Assembly (NCBI GenBank): GCA_965235115.1
Contig: OZ249438.1
Location: 37,262,001-37,326,000, forward strand
Source: Laetmonice hystrix
Taxonomy: Eukaryota
Reading direction: 5' to 3'
DNA: 64,000 nucleotides
The notes below the pieces were generated by a model. It ran no database searches, had not been told where the DNA came from, and worked only from the letters and a program-made list of their open reading frames with translations. Position numbers and translations under genes: made by a program. Of the stretch, positions 1 through 12,158 are shown piece after piece (position 1 is the first letter of the stretch; every line of letters begins with the position of its first letter).

Positions 1-1670
1 AGACCCGCTGAAGACCACCCACAGTGCTGCCATCTATCGGAGTAGGAGGTACGCATGCGTGAATTACGATTGCGGGTGACCAGTGATTGAGACGGCGCGA
101 GAAAGTCGTGAAATACCGGCAGTTGCCAATGACGGTCGAGTCAGGAGTAAGCTGGGGATCGGACAGAATGTGCTAACATGTGCCAATGACCCTCTAGTAT
201 CACAGTCAGGGATTACCTGATAATCCGCCTCCATCTATCCGTTCACCATAGGCAGGCATCATTCATCGGGAGGACTGACAACATCTGAAAGTGGAAGTCG
301 ACATATCTGACAGGATATGACCTCGTACGACAACAGCACTCTCCTGACCTTCTGCCGACAAAAAACAGGAGTATCTCGAAAGTCTTGGCAGTCTATAAAC
401 TGATTACATTGCGTGCCGTCCAGGCTCAGACGGAGTAATTAAAATGGTAACAGCAAGCGACCCGACCACGCTTTGAGGCTCCGTGCTTGAGGTCATAGTA
501 GGATATATCGGCCTCGTGTCTATCAAAACGACTTCCCATTATAAAATATACTCATAAAAGATCTCCGAGGACTTTCTCCAGCGTCTGATGTTTTAAGGTC
601 GTTATAAAAAACACTCCTAGCTCTCTTAATTCAACAAAAAAGAATATCATTGAGCTGTTTATACGGGATGGTTACCGTCAACCCTAGGTTTATTATAACG
701 AGGCCATATTCTCTGTAACCAGTTGCATGAACGAAGAGCTAAGATATTAACAATATTCAGCACGTATCGAAAATGTTTTTCTTTACCTGAATTTAGGAAA
801 AGTTTTGGTTAAGAGTTCTACTGACTCGACCTGAATACATGATCCCCCGCCAGAGACTCTCACTCACCTCTAAATCCCCGAGTCACCTTTTCAAATTGGA
901 GCTGTGCAGTATGTTATCTTTACGAGGGCCGTCTTGGGACTTACATGTGGAGTCCAGTGGACCCTCGAGAATTGACACGCATGCTGGGTTAGGCTGTCGT
1001 AAGTGTCGACGTCGTTTAGTGTTCGTCGTGTTTAATATCTCTGAAAGCCTTCCTAACTATAGATCTATGCATGAGGTCGGACTCAGGATATACAATGATT
1101 CATACACTGTGCTTTGCTTGCCTCATTTCTATAGCAGGTGACCGTCTTCAGTTGCTTCCTGCAGTGTGCTGTCTATAACGAAATATACAAAATCTATGTA
1201 CTTTGTTATATATCTATTGAACAACCTGTAAAACAACCGAAGTCCCAGTTGTACTTATCGTATGTATGGATCCGTGAGCATACGGATGTGCTGTAATAAT
1301 TGTCCCAAGCTTGAGAGAATAAGAATCTAACCTGTATAATCTGATCTGTATCAGTGCACATATAATCCGGTGTTATATTATATAGTCTTTTGGCTCTCTC
1401 CCTCCTTACATTTCGGAAAATTCAAGTCACTTTTCTCGGATTTGCAGTCAGCGATAGACCGAGAATATTTACCATCGTATCCCGCAAGATGAGATATACT
1501 AACTTAAGGCCCTTTTCGGTGTGTTTTGAGGGTTGTTGGTGGATATATTAATTTCATCCTATCAAAGTGAAGATGTCATGGCGTTGTCCATGAAAAACTT
1601 GACGGGTCGTGTTTAGGTGAGACATTAAAGCCGTGTACTAAGATTTGTCACCTGCTGACCTCCCCTCCAG

Positions 1671-1829
1671 GTGACTGTGGAGTTAGACGGTACGTACAGA
1701 CGGACGGGAACCACAGTCGGCGAGTTCACCATGCTCTCCAGTAACCTCCTCTTCATCGCCGGAAGCCCAGACGTCAGTGCACTTCCGGGGTCAAAGGTCA
1801 TTGACAACTTCCGTGGCTGTATGAAAAAG
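1671..1829 (+). CDS. NRXN: Alpha-neurexin internal exon, C-terminal part of laminin-G/LNS2 (53 codons, phase 0-0)
   Basis: Acceptor ...ctcccctccAG at 1669-1670 and donor GTaaac at 1830. It translates as VTVELDGTYRRTGTTVGEFTMLSSNLLFIAGSPDVSALPGSKVIDNFRGCMKK, which is colinear with vertebrate NRXN1 VTISVDG...[36 protein letters not shown] as I recall it. It splices in frame to the exon at 9740. Confidence 0.92.
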
Positions 1830-3056
1830 GTAAACGCCTCGTACACATTGTCTTTTCCGTTCTGACCGAATTTCGCTGACATTAAATGCTTTCAGTCATG
1901 TTTGTCCTATTTTTTGCAAATTATTGTTTTATGAAACTTAACACCCGTACAAAAATTAATCTTTTAATTGATTGAATTTGTGTTATGTTACTGGGATGTC
2001 ACAGTAGTGTTTACGTGGCTTGAAGCATATTGAAGTTGGGTTTACAACCGTTCGGCCGGGTTCGTTGACAGCCAGATCTGTGTCTGTGGGAGAAACTATG
2101 TCAGATTGTTTTATTTCAAATACGACCCCGCTTGTCGATATTTTTGTTATGTGACACGTCCAAGAGATACTAGTCTTCTCTGAGTTGTGTCATAATCTGA
2201 GTAATAAGGCACACTCGTTTGACACTTAGATCTAAGCGTACTCGGTGCCAGGGTGTCAAAACTCATATCAAAAGAGATACGTTAATTATAAACACTGTGT
2301 CTCAATACATGTGCACACCTTTTGGGACATGATCTTATGAAAATATCTCCAATCTGTGTGAGATACTCCGTACGTCAAGACTATAATATCGGAATCCGGG
2401 GGTTCCTTCACAGTGAGCGACATTCTGGCCAGACAATTGGAGACCTCCTACTCTGCTCAGTGTACGACCTATAAAAACAAAGAGATCAGAGATGGCCGCA
2501 GGCTGACATGTTTCTGCCTACCTTTAATCTAAGAGTCATTTTTAATGTGCAAGTTTTATGTAGTCGTATGCCTTTGGTGCCGTTCATTGATAGTTTCCCC
2601 TGGTTTGACATATACCCGTCCAGACGCCACTTCATCAGTGGGCTACAAAAGATGAGAAGGAAGACACTGGAGAAAAAACAGCTTTGATGTAGCTTTTACA
2701 TGACCTGCTATAATGAAATATGCATGTCCTACAAGAAAGTATTTCACGGGGGTTCATGTCGAGTTAGACACACTATTGCCGCCAGTCGTTTAAGGTAGAG
2801 ACACTTTGATGTACTTTCTTTTTAAGACAGATATATCTCCTGCAGCCCAAATAGCTTTTCATTGTGAATGTTAGTCTTGGTTCGTCCCGAAGCATTATTA
2901 AAATAGATACCATATCATATCATTTATGACAAGAAGAGCTCAAAAGATTACATTCCGTCACTGCCCGTGCGATTCCTACTGTATTATATTGATAGGTTCC
3001 CTGAGCAGTGAAGCCTCTAGATCTTGTGCTTTGAAATCGGATGGGACGCGAGTCAT

Positions 3057-3315
3057 CCCGACCTGGTTCCCTGAGCAAGTAGGTCCTCGCTCTTGTACTT
3101 GCAGGTCTGACGGGGTATAAGTCACCCGACCTGGTCCCCAGAGCAAGTAGGTCCTCGCTCTTGTACTTGCAGGTCTGACGAGGTATAAGTCACCCGACCT
3201 GGTTCTCTGAGCAAGTAGGTCCTTGCTCTTGTACTTGCAGGTCTGACGGGGTATAAGTCACCCGACCTGGTTCCCTGAGCAAGTAGGTCCTTGCTCTTGT
3301 ACTTGCAGGTCTGAC
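3057..3315. repeat. 68-bp tandem repeat, about 3.8 copies
   Basis: Unit CCCGACCTGGTTCCCTGAGCAAGTAGG... starts at 3057, 3125, 3193 and 3261. Confidence 0.9.
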
Positions 3316-3570
3316 TGCTGAGATACACAGCAGGTCGGTGAGTCCTGCCTCCCAGCAGGACTTGGACACAGCGGAGTGCTGAGATATACAGCAGGTCGGT
3401 GAGTCCCGTCTCCCAGCAGGACTTGGAGACAGCGGACTGCTGAGATATACAGCAGGTCGGTGAGTCCCGCCTCCCAGCAGGACTTGGAGACAGCAGACTG
3501 CTGAGATATACCTACAGCAGGTCGGTGAGTCCCGCCTCCCAGCAGGACTAGGAGACAGCGGACTGCTGAT
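3315..3570. repeat. 61-bp tandem repeat, about 4 copies, abutting the 68-bp array
   Basis: Unit CTGCTGAGATATACAGCAGGTCGGTGAGTCCCGCCTCCCAGCAGGACTTGGAGACAGCGGA. Confidence 0.88.
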
Positions 3571-3830
3571 TGACAACGATCCCAGAGGTGGTGGTAGACG
3601 ATCTGTTCTCACCACCTGGCGAGGCTCGGACCGATCCTAACCATACCTGGGATACCTGACACTCTCAGCTGAACCCGCCGGTAACATTATGATAGGCTGA
3701 GATCAAAGCCCGCCCGGCGTATCGCTGAGTGGAGTGGGGGTGGGGGTGGGACCTCTCGGACTGTGCCGAGAGTCCAGATTAAAACCATGAAGTTAAAACC
3801 GTCGAGCTGTAGTCACAGAACATAGAAATG

Positions 3831-3959
3831 NNNNNNNNNNNNNNNNNNNNNNNNNNNNNNNNNNNNNNNNNNNNNNNNNNNNNNNNNNNNNNNNNNNNNN
3901 NNNNNNNNNNNNNNNNNNNNNNNNNNNNNNNNNNNNNNNNNNNNNNNNNNNNNNNNNNN
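3831..3959. other. Assembly gap (N run)
   Basis: 129 consecutive N. Confidence 0.99.
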
Positions 3960-6900
3960 GGGTTAGCGTTCCCTGTTCAGTTGGACCCCAAGAGCTTTCC
4001 CGAAGGGACCTCCTCTGGGTTGCATTGGGAGACCGCTAGTTGGTTGCAGTGATAAATAACTGGCTGGTTATGTTGACACATATCTAGCTGGCCGTTGTGA
4101 CACAGACTCCTCGTTGTGTTGACACATTGCCGACTGATCATGTTGACACATAGCCTGCCGGCCGTTGTAGCCATCCAAGCGGCCTCACGTCCCCCTCCCC
4201 CAGGCCCCCTCCCGCAGACGGGGAGCCCCCTCGGTCTTTTTTACTCTGTGAGGTCCGATGTGGCCGCGGAGAAAGCAACATTCACTTGGACACGGATGCC
4301 TTTTGAAGTCTTGATGTGAAAACGTAGACTTGCTGTACGGCCGGGGGCGGAATCAAATGAAGCAGAGCGCTCTGTGTGGTGGAGAGGACACGTGGTGGAT
4401 TTGTCCACAGGCCAAACAGTCCTACCCACCATCGCTGTTCATGATCAAAAGGACACTGGGAAGTTATTATTGCCCTAATGGGGCAGATTCTCACGTCTGT
4501 GCAATGAGAACCCAATCGTCTTCACCATAAGGATCGTTGTCAGTTCTATGGGCGAGGCAAGCTGGCGTTCACTGGGCGGAGGCGGAAAACACAACCAGAG
4601 TCGGACTGCTGGTTAGCAAGGTTTACCTGGGGAGCGGTTCTTTGTCCAGTATGTTTTCATATCAGTGTTCATCTGCCTAACATACTATTTATAGGACGAC
4701 TTGTAGTACAGGCAGTGGCAAGATGATGTCCTGTCTGATGGGACAATGGTAGAGTAATAATGGAAAGCTAGATCAAATGTATGGGATACACTGCCAGACG
4801 ATCCAACATATAGCGGGCAAAAATGAGGACCCAAAGGGGAAACTGTGAACAGCGGGAGGCAGCCTATAAGCCAGGGAACCGTAATAGGAGAGAAAACACC
4901 CCTCTATTTGCTCATGAGTACCCAGAACCTGGCGTCAGATGTGGGCAGGATCAAATACCCACGATCATACCTATTGCCATGCCCTGTGCTGCTGGCGCTA
5001 GCATCACGCGTGAGTTACTGATGGAACTTAGTGCGATTCAACCAATCGCTGTATCCGGCCCTGAGAGTGTCCGCCAATCAGGAAGCTTCACAGAGATGCC
5101 AGATGTCTGATTGGTCCTCAAATTAAACATAGAAGATGACGCTGTTCTGTCTGTTTAGTTACAGAATTTTCCGGCCCCAAAAGGCAGCCTCTAACATTAC
5201 TCGTACATTCGGCCTAAAACACAACCAGTAAAGTTTGCGTCTATACTCCCAAGTATCACCGGCCGCCAACCAAGGAGAACCTCTTAAGCCTACAAAATTT
5301 CCAAACAAGCCTGATTGCTGTAATCATTTGCTTCCCATTTCTCCGCCACAAAGGTCACGTGTCGTTAGGGACGTCTTTATTTGGAATCCTCCAATCGGAA
5401 CAAACTAGTCACTGATAACGAGGCTGCCATTGTCTGCTGGGGGTCTCGGTGACGGTGGCGCCATGCAGCGGGAAGGTTCCCGGTCAAGGTCGCGAAATGT
5501 TGGCCGAGTTTATTGAGAGGGAGAGAGAGAGCAACAAGCCACTAAATCACATACCGTCACCACTGGCTCCTGGCTCAGCGAGTTGTCAGCGAGGAAATTG
5601 TAAGCTTTGCTCTGATTTGGAATGAGTGTGGTGGGATTCCAACACGCCCTGTTGTGCCATGAGTGTGTCCATGTGACCTGAAGGGGGGGCTGGGGGGAGG
5701 GGTGTCCTCCCTAACCGACTTCATTGACCGACTTGATCTCAGACAGTGATCGCGACGGAGCAGTTCGGATACAACAGTTGATAATAGTTGTAGGTCAAAT
5801 AGGAACAGCTGATAGTTTCGCGTAGGCGATGAAGTCTCGCCATCTTTTGAGGAAGGATAATCGCTATAATGTTTTTTTTTATACAAAAATAGAAGAAATT
5901 AAGTGGTAATGGTTCTCTGTTTATTTCTCTTTATCATTGTTATGAAGCAATTAAAACCTACCTGACTCAAGTATATCGTATAATAATATCGCGTGTACTG
6001 GTTTGCATTGAAAAACGTGTCGAATGTATCTACCAGGATAAATAAATCATTAAAAAAAGGGGGGGGGAGGTTGGCTGGAGCAGTTCGAGGTGCAGGCTGA
6101 AGGCCTGTATTACGGTCTCTTGTCCTCTACCCTTGTCCAGTGCTCTCGACTTGGTCATCAAAGGCCGGGCGTATAACGCTATATCAGCAATATCGACAGT
6201 GTTAGATGTTAAATATCCCTTGACACTTATCGAAAAGGGTAGAACGTTGTCCCGGTGTGAGAGGTTTCATATTCGCCTTAAATGGACGGAATAAATGTGA
6301 AAGACTTGCTGCATAGCTCTTATTGTTACCCAGGAAACCTGGAACGCCATTAGTAAACTCTTGGAACTAAGACGTTAACAAAAACTATTATCTTGTTTAC
6401 AGCTTAGAGAAATTTCAACCATACGCAACGTACGCAATATGAAACCTGTGAGAAAGAAATTATGTTATCTAAGTAAGATTTCATATAAAGTTGACTTCTA
6501 TGACAGTATTGATAGGCACTGTTCGTTTACGAAAGCTCACTGTGCTAATATTGCCCTTGTTCATCCACCACTTCCAGACGAAAACGTTCAGTTGATGGTA
6601 TATACTAACATGGAACATGTCACCGTGATATGGGCATGTAAAATAGACCCGTTCTCTAGCATGTTTGAAGATTAATTCTACATTGAATGGCTTCTTGAAT
6701 GCAGAACGATCAACACGATTGTCAAACCGAAATCCATTAGGCCCACTTGGTTCACGACGGTAATCTGTTTCTATGTGTGCCCTTTTTACCTCAATTTACT
6801 TTCCGTTTTCACAGCAAATTGGATAAACTGAAATGTTGTACCGGTTAATGGTGGCTATGAAACCTCTCTACCCCCTAATTCATGGGAAGATTGAAGCAAC

Positions 6901-7066
6901 CAGTCCGCTTGGTATTATCTGCGATTACGAGCGATTAATGAGCCAATATGGGTCCGTGAAGAGGATAATATATAAACACCCCAACCATGGGTTTCTATGG
7001 CACTACAATCATTGGACTTGCAATCGATAGGAGCGATCCGACAGTAGGTTCTCAGAGCGCCAGTCT

Positions 7067-7561
7067 GCGCTGATTGGTTGTTGGTACTAGGCTCGGGTTG
7101 TTGGTACTCGGCGCTGATTGGTTGTTGGTACTAGGCTCGGGTTGTTGGTACTCGGCGCTGATTGGTTGTTGGTACTAGGCTCGGGTTGTTGGTACTCGGC
7201 GCTGATTGGTTGTTGGTGATAGGCTCGGGGCTTATTGGTTGTTGGTACTAGGCTCGGGCTGTTGGTACTCGGCGCTGATTGGTTGTCGGTACTAGGCTCG
7301 GGTTGTTGGTACTCGGCGCTGATTGGTTGTTGGTACTAGGCTCGGGCTGTTGGTACTCGGCGCTGATTGGTTGTCGGTACTAGGCTCGGGTTGTTGGTAC
7401 TCGACGCTGATTGGTTGTTGGTACTAGGCTCGGGTTGGTTCTCGGTTCTCGGTTCAGATTGGTTGGTAGCACTCGGCGCTGATTGGTTGTTGGTACTAGG
7501 CTCGGGCTGTTGGTACTCGGCGCGGATTGGTTGTCGGTACTAGGCTCGGGTTGTTGGTACT
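7067..7561. repeat. 44-bp minisatellite, about 11 copies
   Basis: Unit CTGATTGGTTGTTGGTACTAGGCTCGGGTTGTTGGTACTCGGCG. Confidence 0.9.
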
Positions 7562-9289
7562 CCCCCCCCCCCCACTAATAACTGTTGACATGTTAACCGT
7601 CAATGTTCCGCACCTTGGTAGTAGTATGTGCCCACGAGTATCACTAATGCACCAAATGGGATCCCTCTTCACAAATTCAGTTTTTTTCCGACCAGTACAA
7701 TGCAGGTCTGACTTTTTAAAATCGTTTGTGGATCCGTTACCTCATAATGGATTCCATTATACTTATTCACATTTCAGTGATGTAAACCTGTAAACCAAAA
7801 CAGTTTGCAGTGGAAACATCAAGTTCAGACCAACAGATAAAGGGGGTTTCATGAAATGTATTAGTAAAAAAGTAAAAATTCGAGGTGAATTAGACATTGA
7901 AACTTGTGTTTTGTACACTCCGTTACACCAGCCTTACAAACAGATGATGCTATTGTTGACAGACTCAGAGGTATATGTATGTGTGATAAGAAAGCTGGAG
8001 ACGCTCTGAACGTACATTGTCCAGTATTGATCATTGGTTGAAATGGCTCCACGCTGGACCTATCAATGGTTACGATCTGACCCAATCAGCTGTACCAACA
8101 ATGTTGATATTATCTGATGTGAACGGGATGTAGTTCGGGGGAGGATGTAGATTGCTGGTAGAACTGCACCAATCTCCGGCATGTGCGTGTGTTATATACA
8201 TCGACCCTTGGCCATCAATGACAGCCACGTTTTTATATAGACACGGACAATGTCTCCGTCCCATCGGATCCTTCACCGCTGGCGAGCTCCAAGAGTCCCT
8301 CATCAGGGCCATGCCTTGATGGCGGCGTGGCCTTTAGAAGGTATTCCCATTCCAAACATAGAACTTCATAGGATTATAACAAAGCCGGAGGCTGCGCGGC
8401 CTCTTATAGGATTGCCTCCTGCGGTCCGCCTCCTGCCGACGCTGGGTACCATCCACAGCCAGTTAGCCGGCCCGGTTTGCCGGCAAAAAAGATACAGCGT
8501 TGGTGACAGTAATGAAGTCGGTTAAGTTCACACTTGTCAATTGGGCACCGGCGTCCAAGCTCGTCACCATGCCAACCTAATAACGCATGCTCAATGGCCG
8601 CATCTAATGGTATTTGACACTGTGTGGCTGCGACGTGGGCCGGGCTGGTGGCCATGGCTGGCCCAGACATAAGGAATGGGTAAACAGCGGTATTTTTACC
8701 TGACAGGATTTGTAGCCAGGGCAATGCATGTAAATGATGACTAAGTAGAATGCTGAATTTAGAAGGTCTATCATCAGATTGACCTGGTATGTTTTAAATA
8801 TCCTGCTGGGCATGGTTTCATTTTTAAAACGTTTCTAACATTTATTAGATTGCTCACTTATAATCTTGAATTTGTAGAGATATACACATATCTACAGTGG
8901 TGGCCAAAATTATTAGAACACCTAGCAAATTTAGGAAGTTTCAGGTGTTGTCCTTAAATTGACCATTAAAATAAATATAGAATGATTGGAATATCTACAA
9001 AAGTCATCATTATGCTTAAAAAAACCATGGAATAGAGTCATCATAGGAAATTTAGGCCAATTTCCTTTAAAAAAAACAAGCCAAGCCTATTTCACTGGCG
9101 ATGTCACAGAATCATTCTCTTTTACAGAAGAAGTCAAATGTCCCATGTAATCATTGTCAAGTGTGACCATAGTTAAAGTGATGGTAATGCAAGACTCTTA
9201 GAATACAGCTGTGTGATTTCGTTTGAATGTACAAGGCCCATCCCACTCGTTAAGTGTTACGTAACATGAGGGTTTTGTCACTGAAGCCA

Positions 9290-9453
9290 AAGGCTCGCCT
9301 TGAATGTACACGAGATCTGTCCAGTTTATTGTCCAACTCGCCCCAAATTTGTTCGATGGGGTTGAGGTGGACTTTGAGGGGGGCAGTCCATCATTTTCAA
9401 TATTCCAGCAGATTCCTTCTGTCGCAAGTAGTTCCGGCAATAGTTGGGGTCGT
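9290..9453 (-). pseudogene. Tc1 transposase C-terminal fragment, inverted
   Basis: The minus strand reads NYCRNYLRQKESAGILKMMDCPPQSP/LNPIEQIWGELDNKLDRSRVHS, the degenerate WPPQSPDLNPIE..W motif. Confidence 0.85.
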
Positions 9454-9704
9454 GTACGTCCGGCGGAGGGAGGGGGTTGAGGTATAAAAATGTGTGTCTC
9501 TTGCCAACAGTGAAACACGGAGGGGGTAGTATCATGGTGTGAGGTGGCATTTCAGCCTCAGGAACAGGAGACTTAATAAAAAATTGATGGTATCATGGAC
9601 AAGAAAGTGTACCACACCATTCTGGTGAGGCAGGGGTACCATCTGGGAGTCGTCTAATTGGGCCTGGATTTATTTTCCAAGAGGACAACGACCCCAAACA
9701 TTCT
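9451..9704 (+). pseudogene. Tc1 transposase fragment (central DDE region) with a stop and frameshifts
   Basis: YVRRREG..CLLPTVKHGGGSIMV*GGISASGTGDLIK/IDGIMDKKVYHTILVRQG/VPSGSRLIGPGFIFQEDNDPKHS contains the Tc1 motifs PTVKHGGGSIMVWG and FQ.DNDPKH. Confidence 0.9.
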
Positions 9705-9739
9705 TATTTCTGATATTTCCTGTTTGTCACTTGTTGCAG

Positions 9740-10526
9740 GTGGTGTACAAGGCGGATAGTATCAACCTTGACCTGACGGACCTCGCCCGGAACAATCATA
9801 ACCTGCTCACAATCCACGGGGACGTCCTCTTTAACAAGTGTGACGATCTCATCCAGTCTCAACCCATCACCTTCACCACGGTCGATTCGTTCGTTAAGGT
9901 CCCCACCTGGAAGGCCGTCCACAGCGGAGCTATCGAGTTCCAGTTCCGTACGAGCGAGCCTAACGGTTTACTCATGTATAACGCCGGCCCAGCTACTACC
10001 TCCGACTTCTTCGGCCTGGAGATCCTTGACGGTTACGTCTACATGCTGCTTGACCTGGGGTCAGGAGTTGTGAAGGTGAAGGCCACAGACTGGCCGGTGA
10101 CGGATGGTCTCCCACACAAGGTGATGTTAGATCACAGCAGTGGTGCAGGGACAATCTCTGTGGACGGGCACCTGTCATCATACAAGGTACCAGGAGCGAA
10201 TGATCAGCTCGACCTGGAGGGGTCCCTGTATGTGGGTGGGGTGAGCAGCCAGGACTCGCACCGACTACCTGGCGAGTTGTGGTCGGCCATGCTCGGGTAT
10301 GGTTACGTCGGGTGTCTCCAAGACCTTGTCATCAATGGTGAGAAGGTCGACCTGGCGGGGCTGGCTGCCGCCCAGGAGGTGATGAGTGTCGTCAAGTATT
10401 GCCGGGTCATGGAGCTCCAGTGTACGAGTCAGCCGTGCATGCACCGTGGGGACTGCTCCGAGGGCTGGAACCGTTACATCTGTGACTGTACTGATACTGG
10501 TTACATCGGTCCCAACTGTAACGAAG
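9740..10526 (+). CDS. NRXN: Alpha-neurexin internal exon: LNS3 domain plus EGF2 (787 nt, phase 0-1)
   Basis: Acceptor ttgttgcAG ends at 9739 and donor GTGAGT is at 10527. It translates as VVYKADSINLDL...PITFTTVDSF...FQFRTSEPNGLL...DFFGLEILDGYVYMLLDLGSG...LDLEGSLYVGG...WSAMLGYGYVGCLQDL...CTSQPCMHRGDCSEGWNRYICDCTDTGYIGPNCNE. This matches the neurexin LNS3-EGF2 signatures (FRT.EPNGL, LLD.GSG, W.A.L.YGYVGC, GWNRY.CDC..TGY.G). Confidence 0.95.
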
Positions 10527-10554
10527 GTGAGTCAATCTCCTTACTCTGTCTGTG

Positions 10555-10880
10555 TGAGCACGGCCCTGGGCCTGACTCAGGGTCAGTCACCCAGCCATTC
10601 TGACATACTCTAAAAGTTTCCCTGAGCACGGCCCTGGGCCTGACTCAGGGTCAGTCACCCAGCCATTCTGACATACTCTAAAAGTTTCCCTGAGCACGGC
10701 CCTGGGCCTGACTCAGGGTCAGTCACCCAGCCATTCTGACATACTCTAAAAGTTTCCCTGAGCACGGCCCTGGGCCTGACTCAGGGTCAGTCACCCAGCC
10801 ATTCTGACATACTCTAAAAGTTTCCCTGAGCACGGCCCTGGGCCTGACTCAAGCTCAGTCACCCAGCCTCTCTGAGCACG
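10555..10880. repeat. 68-bp tandem repeat, about 4.7 copies, starting 28 nt after the exon donor
   Basis: Unit TGAGCACGGCCCTGGGCCTGACTCAGGGTCAGTCACC... starts at 10555, 10623, 10691, 10759 and 10827. Confidence 0.92.
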
Positions 10881-10897
10881 GCTCATGTGGCCGTTAA

Positions 10898-11128
10898 AGG
10901 GGCACCGTATAGACTTTCCTCAACCGTTAACTTGTCCGATAATCGATTTCTGTGTGTTATCGAATATATTTTACCTTGAAGTAGACCTTGACTGTGGTGA
11001 AATATAGTAAAACTGCAATGCTGGGGGCTTCCTGCTGCTTCTTGGAGACAGACAACACCCGTTTCATAATAGTTGTCTAAGTATCCACTAGGCGGTTCAT
11101 GATGTGGGCAAGCCTATCCATAGCCCCT
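10898..11128. mobile_element. TTAA-flanked MITE (Kolobok-like, AG termini)
   Basis: TTAA|AGGGGC...GCCCCT|TTAA. Confidence 0.55.
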
Positions 11129-11540
11129 TTAAAGTTCGGTCGGTGGCCCGAATCCTGACATATGTCACAGACCCTCAAGGAAGACCTTCAAGGACGCCTA
11201 TTGTATTATAACCAACCAGAATGATCAGAGCTGTGATCTCGATCATGATCCCTGATCAGGGGTACAGAACGTTTGTAATCAGAGCTGTGGGAGGTTCACG
11301 TGACTGGTTGACCGTTACAGCTTTAGTCAGCGGCTGGGATCAGGGAGATATACATGTACAGTGTTGCAAAAACTATATATCTTGTGCAGTACGATACACG
11401 GTTATGAAGTGCCCTTATCATGTTTCAGTTTGTTCGTGTTTAATTATTGGTGTGTTGTCTTACAGTGCACGACACTAACTTTACACGCTTTTCTCATTAA
11501 TTCAGATTTTACATGACCCATTTTGTTGCAGATATGTTAA

Positions 11541-12015
11541 AGGAATAATGTCAATTTTTTTATATAGCTTTTACAAATTGGCGAAAACCGCTTGTATATA
11601 GTGTGGTAATTATGTTCCATAGCACTGCCTACTTGCCTGATTAGATTTAAATATTTAAAAAGCAGCAAATTTGGAATGACGCGCGTCTTTTTAGCGACAG
11701 AGTTTTAGCCGGGCGACTTTACACCCTTTTTACAGAACGCGAGACTATAGCCGGAATCACGTGATCATCTCACCCGTTGCAACGCTATGTCTGCAGGTCA
11801 GACATTTCCGATGGCGGAAAGCAACGTTGTTTTTGAGTGTTCCCGACAAGAAATGTGGAATGTGAAGGTGACAGCGCATTTCCCTGCTGTCTGTTTACAA
11901 TACATATTAAACCTAGGAAGTATCCTAGAAAATCCTGCATAGATTTTGACGAGGTAAGCGTGAAACCAGGCTGAACTGGCTTCCCGGAACGCTCAACCAG
12001 GGTGGCATGATTCCT
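11541..12015. mobile_element. TTAA-flanked MITE (Kolobok-like)
   Basis: TTAA|AGGAATAATG...CATGATTCCT|TTAA. Confidence 0.6.
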
Positions 12016-12158
12016 TTAAGAAGTGAATCGATTTTTAATTGTTTGACCCTGTTCGTGTTTATGATATCGATGGGTGTGTGGTCCGGGGTGGCGCATTGGT
12101 CAGAGCGCGGGATCGTTATCTTCATCCAAACGTTCTGTGTTTGAGCGATGGGATAGAT

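Larger units (their letters stand above)
8895..9704 (+). mobile_element. Degenerate, rearranged Tc1-like (Tc1/mariner) DNA transposon
   Basis: TA followed by CAGTGGTGGCCAAAATTATTAGAACA (a Tc1-type left terminus) at 8893-8920, then transposase fragments on both strands. Confidence 0.85.
1830..9739 (+). other. GT-AG intron of the neurexin gene (7,910 nt)
   Basis: Canonical splice dinucleotides; joining gives the continuous peptide ...RGCMKK|VVYKAD.... Confidence 0.88.

Noticed and set aside
1138-1263. Possible alternative neurexin exon: the acceptor is followed by GTG ACC GTC (V-T-V, as in the real exon) and 126 nt are open to a GTATGG
   Set aside because: After three residues there is no similarity to the LNS2 strand and the donor is weak. 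Only RNA-seq could rescue it.
9731-10603. The supplied 290-aa ORF as a complete gene
   Set aside because: It starts at an intronic TTG and reads through the donor into the 68-bp repeat. The real unit is the exon 9740-10526.
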